Assembly (NCBI GenBank): GCA_963837955.1
Contig: CAWIPH010000002.1
Span: forward strand, 1,536,001 to 1,600,000
DNA: 64,000 nt
Direction of reading: 5' to 3'
Source of the DNA: an uncultured Verrucomicrobiae bacterium
GTDB taxonomy: Bacteria > Verrucomicrobiota > Verrucomicrobiia > Chthoniobacterales > JAFAMB01
Numbering within the stretch: position 1 is the first letter of the stretch; each line of letters starts with the position of its first letter. Below, piece by piece: positions 29,771-37,389 of this stretch. The position numbers and the translations under genes were made by a program. Below the pieces are notes generated by a model. That model was given only the letters and a program-made list of their open reading frames with translations, was not told the origin of the DNA and made no database searches.

Positions 29771-30409
29771 ATGCAACTGTTGCTGCGCAAATTCGACTCC
29801 GCCATGGTGGGTTACCATGGGGTATACCCTCCAATCAGCGGCGGACAGAAACTGCCTCCTCCAACTGGCCCGGTGCCGCCCAACACAGGCATCGGCGGCA
29901 TGTACGACTCAATCGGACGCGCCGCCGCCGCCACTGTGATCCACCCTTTGGCCGTTTGGCTCCTGTACTTTTATGAGGCAGATATGAACGAAGGAACGAA
30001 AATCTTGGACATTATCGAGGTGGCAACTCCGACAGACGCGCCGCTAACAATTATACGAAGTGAAAATTCTCGAAATCCTCCGGAATGGTTAAAGATTCCC
30101 AATTGGTCAAGGCTATGCGACTGGCTTCGGCGCTTGTGCACGCCTTCCACGCCGGCCACGCTGAAAGGGCTGGTGCAACTGCTCTGCGGCTTAATGCAGA
30201 TGAGCAGCAAGGCCAAGGCCTCCCACCACAAATCTATTACTACCATTCTCTCAGAATTGGACGCGATCCCGGACACAAATCTGACATTGGGAATGTTCCT
30301 GTGCATTTGCCGGACAATAATGAAATGGTCCGGCAAGACTCAAGCAGTGGCCAACAGTAGTGATTTTGTGGAGGCGATTCAATCGCCAGACCATTCCACG
30401 TCGCGCTAG
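29771..30409 (+). CDS. hypothetical protein
   Basis: 212-aa ORF, no recognised motif, start uncertain. Confidence 0.4.
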   Translation: MQLLLRKFDSAMVGYHGVYPPISGGQKLPPPTGPVPPNTGIGGMYDSIGRAAAATVIHPLAVWLLYFYEADMNEGTKILDIIEVATPTDAPLTIIRSENSRNPPEWLKIPNWSRLCDWLRRLCTPSTPATLKGLVQLLCGLMQMSSKAKASHHKSITTILSELDAIPDTNLTLGMFLCICRTIMKWSGKTQAVANSSDFVEAIQSPDHSTSR

Positions 30410-30684
30410 ACTGAACGTTTTTGCGCTTGCCTAAAAGCGGATCGCTCGAACGCGAAATTGAAGTTACGTTTTGGCTTCCGCTGAAGGAATTCGGATTCAG
30501 GATTTTGTAACGTTACAAAATGTCCGAATTAGCATAACAATACAACATAACGTTTGAATAGTAAGCTACATGACGAAATGGAAGTCGGCGGACAGAGGTG
30601 GAAATAGGTGGACGTGTTGACAGTGAACCGTTTTTCGAGGGACCAAATATTAGTAAGTCGCTTGTAGTTAGTAACTTACAAAAG

Positions 30685-30760
30685 TGGCGACCCTAACGGG
30701 ATTCGAACCCGTGTTACTCCCGTGAAAGGGGAGTGTCCTAGGCCACTGGACGATAGGGTC
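30685..30760 (-). tRNA. tRNA-Glu(TTC)
   Basis: GACCCTA acceptor stem, anticodon arm CTCCC-CTTTCAC-GGGAG, GGTTCGAATCC T-arm, encoded CCA. Confidence 0.97.
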
Positions 30761-31284
30761 TTTTCAGCGGACTGATATGGTTGCACTAAGTGCGAAGTGC
30801 GCAAGCGGAAAAATTCAGGGAACAACCGCCGATTGCCCGTCCTAAATACCATCCGCAGATTACACAGATTACGCCGATTTGGAATTTCTGCCAACTTGCT
30901 CACGCGCTGGGATTTAGACCAATCTTCATTCCTCTGCGCGACGGATGCGGATGGCGACTGCGGTTTTTGGAAGCAGTAAGCAATCAACCTTGCGCGAGCT
31001 TCGAGGTGGCACTGCCGATTTCTTTCCAATCGAGCATCCCAAACGGCAAAGGAGGATCAATTCGCGGTTTCTAACCAAACCTTCATACCTTTGCGTCTTA
31101 GCGACTTTGCGTGAGATTTGTGTGCTCCCAATTCAGCATCCATTGCGCGGTACGAGCGTCGGCGCCCTCGCGTTTAATCGACGGAATCATATTCGTGTTC
31201 ATTCGCAGCCGGTCGCGCCATACCTCGAAGAGCGAAGGAGGATCAATTCGTGGTTTCTAGACCAAATCCTCATACCTTTGCGTC

Positions 31285-32598
31285 TTAGCGTCTTTGCGTG
31301 AGATTTGTCTCCTTCCAATCCAGCATCCATTGCGCGGTGCGAGCATTAGCGCCGTCGTGCTGAGCGAGGACGGTCTCGGCGCGTTTGACCATGCGGCTGG
31401 CGGCGGCCGAATCTGCGAGCATTTGATCGAGGGCGGGGATTAGTTCCTGTTCCGATGCGAGTTGTTTGATTCCGTTCTCCGCAACTAGTTCTTCCACGAG
31501 GAAACGGAAGTTCTCCATGTGCGGGCCACAGACCACCGGTTTATGCGCGAGCAATGGTTCGACCGGGTTTTGTCCGCCAATACCACGAAAACTTTTGCCG
31601 ATCACCACAACGCTGGCGGTCTCGTACCAATCGCGAAGTTCGCCGGTCGAATCGACCAGGAGTACGGTGGTATCCGGCGAGAAAAGTGGATTCGAACGCC
31701 GGGCGAAGACAAGCGATTGGTTGCGCAGCAAATCTTCAATCTCTGGCGCGCGCTCGGCATGGCGCGGCACAAGAATCAGAAACAATGCTGGATGTTTTTG
31801 GCGCAGCTGCAGAAACGCTTGAGCTAAAAGCTCTTCTTCGCCGGAATGCAAACTGCCTCCGAACAGAATCGGGCGATTGGAATCAATTCCATGTTTCTCC
31901 AGCCATTGAACAAAGCGCAAGTTGCGTTCGGCAACGATACCGGCGCGATCGTACTTGATGCTGCCCGTTACGGTGATCTTTCGCTGCGGAAGACCAAGTC
32001 GTTTCCATCTTTCGGCATCTTTAGGATCCTGGGCGAATATTGCGGTCAGCCGTTTCCAGAATAGAGGCATCGCGAGCCACGGCAGACGCGAGTAACGGGT
32101 TTCCGAACGTAACGAGAGCCTCGCGTTGGCCAGGAACACCGGAACGCGTTTGTGCTCGGCTAGCGCGAGAAAACTCGGCCAAAGATCGGAATCGATGAGC
32201 ACAACCCGAGTGGGTCGAATGAGTTTCCAGACCCGTTGAAGAATCGGATAGAAATCAACTGGACTGTAAATGATGCGTAGATAGGCGGCGTCCGCGCGCT
32301 CCAACCCGAGTTGGTATCCGGTAGAGGTCGTAGTCGATATCACGGCGCGAAAATCGGGATCTTGCCGGCGCAACTCGGCAGCAAGACGAAGTGCGAGGAG
32401 CATTTCTCCGACACTGACCGCTCGTATCCAAGTCCAGGTTCCAGTTGCGATCTGTTCGCGGAGTGCCGTGGAATAGAATCCAAATCGTTGCACGAAATTT
32501 CGAGCGTAGCCGCCGCGTTTCAGCATCCGTCGAAGGTAAAAAGGAATCGAGAAGACCAACGCGAACGGTAAGAACAGATTGTAAAGAAAGAGCAGCAT
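31285..32598 (-). CDS. waaA: 3-deoxy-D-manno-octulosonic acid (Kdo) transferase
   Basis: WI.AVSVGE, STTTSTG, NARLS..S, TGSIKYD, LVPRHAER, DSTGEL, GGQNPVEP, GPHMENF. Confidence 0.93.
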   Translation of the reverse strand: MLLFLYNLFLPFALVFSIPFYLRRMLKRGGYARNFVQRFGFYSTALREQIATGTWTWIRAVSVGEMLLALRLAAELRRQDPDFRAVISTTTSTGYQLGLERADAAYLRIIYSPVDFYPILQRVWKLIRPTRVVLIDSDLWPSFLALAEHKRVPVFLANARLSLRSETRYSRLPWLAMPLFWKRLTAIFAQDPKDAERWKRLGLPQRKITVTGSIKYDRAGIVAERNLRFVQWLEKHGIDSNRPILFGGSLHSGEEELLAQAFLQLRQKHPALFLILVPRHAERAPEIEDLLRNQSLVFARRSNPLFSPDTTVLLVDSTGELRDWYETASVVVIGKSFRGIGGQNPVEPLLAHKPVVCGPHMENFRFLVEELVAENGIKQLASEQELIPALDQMLADSAAASRMVKRAETVLAQHDGANARTAQWMLDWKETNLTQRR

Positions 32599-32643
32599 CA
32601 GGTGGCTGAAATGCGGATTGCGGATTGCGGAACAAGGAATGTA

Positions 32644-33012
32644 TCAATTGCGGGTCGCGGATTGGCGGCGTGATTTCGCAGTTCTGCCGCTTGCCACAAA
32701 TATTGCCAGCAGCTCTCCAGCTTCTCGTTGCGCCTCGCTGCCTAAGGTGAATGTAACCAGCTTTGCGTCCTGGGCCAGTTCCAGCCAGCACTCTGTTTCC
32801 GAGGCTTCCTTTTCACAGATTCCGATTTTGTGAATGAAGTCGTCACGAGATTGAGCTCGTGCGGCTTCTCGATAGTTGGCTCCAATCGAAGTGCCGCTTT
32901 TTAGTAGTTGATAGCCGATCACATCAGAGACTTTAGTGCGAGGCATTTTCCCAACGATCTGGATAACTGATAGCGCAAATCGTTTGGTTCTTCTTTCAAG
33001 GTCTTTCTTCAT
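32644..33012 (-). CDS. four helix bundle protein (TIGR02436 / 23S rRNA IVS protein-like)
   Basis: QLLKSGTSIGANYREA.RA.SR.DF..KI.I.EKEA.ET..WLEL. Confidence 0.92.
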   Translation of the reverse strand: MKKDLERRTKRFALSVIQIVGKMPRTKVSDVIGYQLLKSGTSIGANYREAARAQSRDDFIHKIGICEKEASETECWLELAQDAKLVTFTLGSEAQREAGELLAIFVASGRTAKSRRQSATRN

Positions 33013-33067
33013 TCTACAATGTCCGATTCAGATTTTGGATCCGGAGTTTAGCACCCTGGCCAACTAG

Positions 33068-33552
33068 CCTCATTCTCGCCCTAGGCTCGAATGAAATAGC
33101 AGATAGCAAATAGCAGATAGCAAATCGCCCAGCGTCGATCCGCAATCCGCATTCCGCAATTCGCATTTCATTCGAGCCTAGGGCGAGAATGAGGTAGCCT
33201 GATCGTCCACGCTCAGGTCCGTGGCGTTTGCATTTCGGAATAGGTCTTTGGACAGTTGGCGCGGAATTGGATTGGCATCGCTGTTCGGTAACTGAGGCTG
33301 GAGCATCAGTTTACTCTGTTCCGAGGACGACGACGATTGCCAGCGACTGTTTCCGACGCGACAGCTAATAGGCGCACAATCTGTCATTGTCATTTGTCAT
33401 TCATTCGAGCCTAGGGCGAGAATGGGGCCGCGAACCGGCTCAAATAAATTTTCGCCCTACCGACGCTGGGCGGGCTAGCGTTCCATCCGAGGATGATCTG
33501 CTATCTGCTATTTGCTATCTGCTATTTCATTCGAGCCTAGGGCGAGAATGAG
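33068..33552. repeat. mosaic REP array family 1 bounded by ~54-bp inverted repeats
   Basis: CTCATTCTCGCCCTAGGCTCGAATGAAATAGCAGATAGCAAATAGCAGATAGCA at 33069-33122, reverse complement at 33499-33552; internal B, D, C, A modules. Confidence 0.88.
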
Positions 33553-34077
33553 CACTTCCGTTCCCCCATACCGCTTTGCTCGGATGACAGACCAGATGTG
33601 CTGATCGACCGCATCGGAGCCCGTTGCTCGTTCCAATATCAGCAATCCATCGGGGGCGAGTGCTGTGGGCGCAAATGGAGACGAAAGCAGTTCGGATGCG
33701 GCATCGGGATCGCCGGTCCGCTTGGAGTAAGGAGGATCCGCAAAGACCAGATCGAATTGTTCCCGGTTACTCTTTAGAAATCCAAATGCATCGAGTCGAA
33801 CGAGCGCACCGCGCAATTTCGTTTTCTCGAAGTTGGCTTGGATCGCTGCGATGGCATCACGATGATGATCGACGAACGTGCCGTTGGCTGCGCCGCGACT
33901 CAACGCTTCGAGACCGAACGCTCCGCTGCCGGCAAAAAGATCGAGCACCCTGGCCCCAATTATGCGATCACCTAACGACGAAAAGATCGCTCCTCGGATC
34001 TTTTCCATCGTGGGGCGGATATCGTGTTTCGGAAGGCGCAGCGGTATACCTCCAGCGGAGCCCGCAATAATCCTCAT
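33508..34077 (-). CDS. rsmD: 16S rRNA (guanine966-N2)-methyltransferase
   Basis: MRIIAG, IRPT, VLDLFAGSG.FGLEALSRGA, FADPPY, RYG.T. Confidence 0.93.
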   Translation of the reverse strand: MRIIAGSAGGIPLRLPKHDIRPTMEKIRGAIFSSLGDRIIGARVLDLFAGSGAFGLEALSRGAANGTFVDHHRDAIAAIQANFEKTKLRGALVRLDAFGFLKSNREQFDLVFADPPYSKRTGDPDAASELLSSPFAPTALAPDGLLILERATGSDAVDQHIWSVIRAKRYGGTEVLILALGSNEIADSK

Positions 34078-35516
34078 CTTTCCGGACTTGGCTGAGATCT
34101 ACTCGAATCTGCAACCGGTTCCGCCTTCGAGCGATCAGAATGGTTTCCGTGGAGCAAGCGTTGGAACAGTTTGCGTTTATCACCGATGATGCGCTCGAAG
34201 AGGTTCGTTTCAGGCTTTTGGATGGAACCTGATACCTGAAAATCAAGGTAGCGACTGCGCCCATCATCCGCAGTGATGAAATTGTCTTCCAATTCGTTCG
34301 GAATTTTCTGGCTAAGGAACTGGGTAATTGTCAGGCGTCCTTTGAGGTCGAGTTGTTGCGATTCTTCCACTGTCCCCGCCAAATTGATCTGGCAATTCTT
34401 CGAGATCAGCCGGATTGAGTCGACCTGCACTTGAGGTCCGACGATCCGAAAATTGGAATCGGCTTCTTCCAAGTCCAGCCGTTGCAATTCTTCGATTTGA
34501 GTCCAGCGTCCGATCTCCTGGAGCATTGGATATTGATCCAAGTATGCGGATTTGACCTCGACAGTGCCGGATCCCGCCGCCTGGCTGGCATCGCGCCCGG
34601 CCCCGGTCAATTCAAAGGAACCTTCCAAAGTTCCGTGGGCCCTGTCTAGAAAACTACTGGTACGGCTCGTCACGTCGTTGAGGTCAATTCCAGATGCTTT
34701 GAGCTCCAGCCGGTAGGGAAGCTCTGACTTGGAGAAATTGAGATCCAACGTGCCGTTCAGATCGCCGCCGGAAAGCTTCGCGCAGATATCCTCGAGGGCT
34801 AATGAGCCGCTGTTAAATCGCACTGGTGATCCAATGTCATCAATGCTGATCGACTCGCCGATGGTCGCGTTATCCGCGTGTACTCGCCCGAGGTAGTTTC
34901 CGTGTTGGAAGTTCAACGTACTATCGAGCCCGTGAATCACTGCCGCTGTCGTACCGTCTGGTCGCACGATGCTGATGGTTGCGTTCTTCAGCTTGAAGCG
35001 CTGGATCTCCACCCAAAACTTTTGCGTCAGTGTATCTCGGATCGTCAATGACTTGGATTTTCGGGCGGCGGCCTCCGGAGTCGCCGATTCAACCGGCGGC
35101 GGAGAGGGGGCGGTCACTGTGGAAACGGCGGAACGGTTCGTCGCGTCGGCAATTTCTTTCACTGCAGCGAGTGGGATTCGCAGATCGACCTCTCGCAGCA
35201 AGATTTCTCGAACAATGATCTTTCGGCGAAGAAGCGCTAAATAATCGCATCGAATCTTTAGATTTCCCGCTTTCAGGAATGGCGTCTCAGAATCGGAACT
35301 GCCGATAGTGACGTCCTCAAAGTTTAGACCACCCCACGGAGTAAAAGTGACACGAAATACTTCCAGCGGCAGTCCCAGACTTTCGCTGACCGAATCGCGG
35401 AGATCTCGCTGAACGCCGGGAGATTGGATATAAAGATTGATTCCGAGCAGACCGATACAGAGCAGGAAAAAGACTCCGACAACCGTCCATAGTACTATGC
35501 GCAGGAAAGATTTCAC
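34074..35516 (-). CDS. AsmA-family protein
   Basis: N-terminal TM anchor, long beta-strand-rich body, C-terminal F.VSG.I.KP. Confidence 0.75.
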   Translation of the reverse strand: MKSFLRIVLWTVVGVFFLLCIGLLGINLYIQSPGVQRDLRDSVSESLGLPLEVFRVTFTPWGGLNFEDVTIGSSDSETPFLKAGNLKIRCDYLALLRRKIIVREILLREVDLRIPLAAVKEIADATNRSAVSTVTAPSPPPVESATPEAAARKSKSLTIRDTLTQKFWVEIQRFKLKNATISIVRPDGTTAAVIHGLDSTLNFQHGNYLGRVHADNATIGESISIDDIGSPVRFNSGSLALEDICAKLSGGDLNGTLDLNFSKSELPYRLELKASGIDLNDVTSRTSSFLDRAHGTLEGSFELTGAGRDASQAAGSGTVEVKSAYLDQYPMLQEIGRWTQIEELQRLDLEEADSNFRIVGPQVQVDSIRLISKNCQINLAGTVEESQQLDLKGRLTITQFLSQKIPNELEDNFITADDGRSRYLDFQVSGSIQKPETNLFERIIGDKRKLFQRLLHGNHSDRSKAEPVADSSRSQPSPER

Positions 35517-35585
35517 CGTGTCGGGCCAACCGTTGCCGCTGTACTGAATACCACCAGCGACTTACTCTTAACGGGACACACTCGA

Positions 35586-36461
35586 ATGGACAAGGTTAAG
35601 CTGGCTATAATTTTTAACCCCGCTGCACGAGGAGAAAAGGCCCGGCTTCTCCAAGACAAGGTGCGGTCTTTCCCGGATGCTGACATGTTTCTCGTCTCTT
35701 CTCGCCCGGGGGAGACGGTGGAGTTGGCGCGGCGATTGGTCCAGGAAGGATACTCGAACATCGTAGCCGCTGGTGGCGACGGCACAGTCAACGAGGCAGT
35801 CAACGGAATAGCCGGATTCGACGTAACACTGGGAATTCTTCCCCTGGGAACGATGAATGTTTTCGCTTATGAACTTGGCCTCCCGCTCAACCAACCCGAG
35901 CGATGCTGGGATGTCATCCAGGAAGGATTCGCGCGCTCCATCGATTTGGCGATGGCTAATGAGCGGTACTTCGTGCAGCTGGCGGGCATAGGTTTGGATG
36001 CTTTGGCGGTCAGGGAGACGGACTCAAATGTGAGAAGGACGATCGGACCAATCAGTTACATCTTCGCAGCTGCCCAAATAATCGGCCGTCCCGCGCCGCG
36101 ACTCGAGATCTGCTTCAATGACCGAGAGACGATGGGGGGGTGCTTTGTCTTGATTGGTAATGGCCGTTTTTACGGGGGGCCGCTCTCCTTTTTTCCGGAT
36201 GCCAAGAACGATGATGGTTTGTTGGATGTCCTCGTATTCAAGAATCAAGGCTATCTCGACATCATTCGTTATCTTCAGGGCGTCATAGTCGGCAACCATG
36301 CCGATTTTGTTGACATTGAATACCGGCAAGTCCGTTCGCTGCGGGTCGGCAGTGATCGGAGCGTACCGGTGGAAATTGATGGCGAAGTCGCCTTCCACAC
36401 ACCCGCGCAGTTTAGAGTTGCGCCCCGCCAACTTCGCGTCTTTGCACCGGGGCCCGAGTAA
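35586..36461 (+). CDS. diacylglycerol/lipid kinase (YegS/Rv2252/BmrU family)
   Basis: IFNPAARG, AAGGDGTVNEAVNG, LGILPLGTMN, DDGLLDV, EIDGE. Confidence 0.92.
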   Translation: MDKVKLAIIFNPAARGEKARLLQDKVRSFPDADMFLVSSRPGETVELARRLVQEGYSNIVAAGGDGTVNEAVNGIAGFDVTLGILPLGTMNVFAYELGLPLNQPERCWDVIQEGFARSIDLAMANERYFVQLAGIGLDALAVRETDSNVRRTIGPISYIFAAAQIIGRPAPRLEICFNDRETMGGCFVLIGNGRFYGGPLSFFPDAKNDDGLLDVLVFKNQGYLDIIRYLQGVIVGNHADFVDIEYRQVRSLRVGSDRSVPVEIDGEVAFHTPAQFRVAPRQLRVFAPGPE

Positions 36462-36552
36462 AATTTTTGCAGAATTTGAGCAAGTGGCCTGATCGTTGCT
36501 CTCTTCTTAACTGAGCACTCGTGTCGACGAGCGGCTCTCAAGAAAAGAGAGA

Positions 36553-37383
36553 ATGAGTACGAAAAGGACACAGATCCAAGAGTTGCCCTGGTTGTTAACG
36601 CGCGGCCGGATGACATGGGCCATCGGTACTGCGCTTCTGATGGTCGTCTTGTACATCTTTCAATGGACCATGGCTTCCTTTGATCCAGGCGGTCTTGAGA
36701 AATGGTGTGGTCTCAACCGTTCCGGAATATTCTACGGATGCCTCTGGCAATTGGTTAGCTATCTGTTTGTGCAACATTTGAGCCACCCCTTTGTTTTCTG
36801 CTTCACCATTTTTGGTCTCATGGTCATCGGCAGCGAAATCGAAGAAATCATTGGAACAATACATTTTGCGCTGCTGTTTCTTAGCTCGGGAATCGTGGCG
36901 GGCATGGTTTACTTATATGCTTCACCCAAGGGGCTCTTACTCGGTACGGAGCCGGCTATCTGTGCAATAATCGTGGGCTGCACCACGGTTCTATCTGAAT
37001 TCCCGATCACGTTACCGTTCCGAATTCACTTCCGTTATAAATATGTTGGCTGGGCCTTGATTCTCGGCCTGCTAAGTTACGGTCTGCTGAGCGGACGCGC
37101 AGACGCCCATATCACCGCCCTAGTGAATTTGAGCGGCGCCGTTGCCGGATGGGTCTACGTACGAATTTTGGGATTTGGCTCCGCGCTACCCGGTGAGATG
37201 GCTTTGCGGCAAAGATTGGCGGAACGAGCCCGGGTCAAGCGACTCCCGGTGCGGCTCTATCTTGCCACCTATGTCGACCCGATTTTGGAAAAGATCCACA
37301 GAGAGGGAATTCGCAGTTTATCGCGCTCGGAAAAACAGGTTCTTCGGCATGCGCGACAAAAGGTGCTGCTTAAGGTATCATGA
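36553..37383 (+). CDS. rhomboid-family membrane protein, catalytic dyad apparently lost
   Basis: LWQLVSYLF, G.EIE..IG...F..LFL.SGI.AG; GTEP in place of GASG, NLSG in place of HLGG; C-terminal VDPILEKI...G..SL...EK. Confidence 0.8.
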   Translation: MSTKRTQIQELPWLLTRGRMTWAIGTALLMVVLYIFQWTMASFDPGGLEKWCGLNRSGIFYGCLWQLVSYLFVQHLSHPFVFCFTIFGLMVIGSEIEEIIGTIHFALLFLSSGIVAGMVYLYASPKGLLLGTEPAICAIIVGCTTVLSEFPITLPFRIHFRYKYVGWALILGLLSYGLLSGRADAHITALVNLSGAVAGWVYVRILGFGSALPGEMALRQRLAERARVKRLPVRLYLATYVDPILEKIHREGIRSLSRSEKQVLRHARQKVLLKVS

Positions 37384-37389
37384 TTCCGC

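Noticed and set aside
32644..33012. Avd-like gene suggesting a diversity-generating retroelement
   Set aside because: No reverse transcriptase and no template/variable repeat pair with adenine-specific mismatches was seen.
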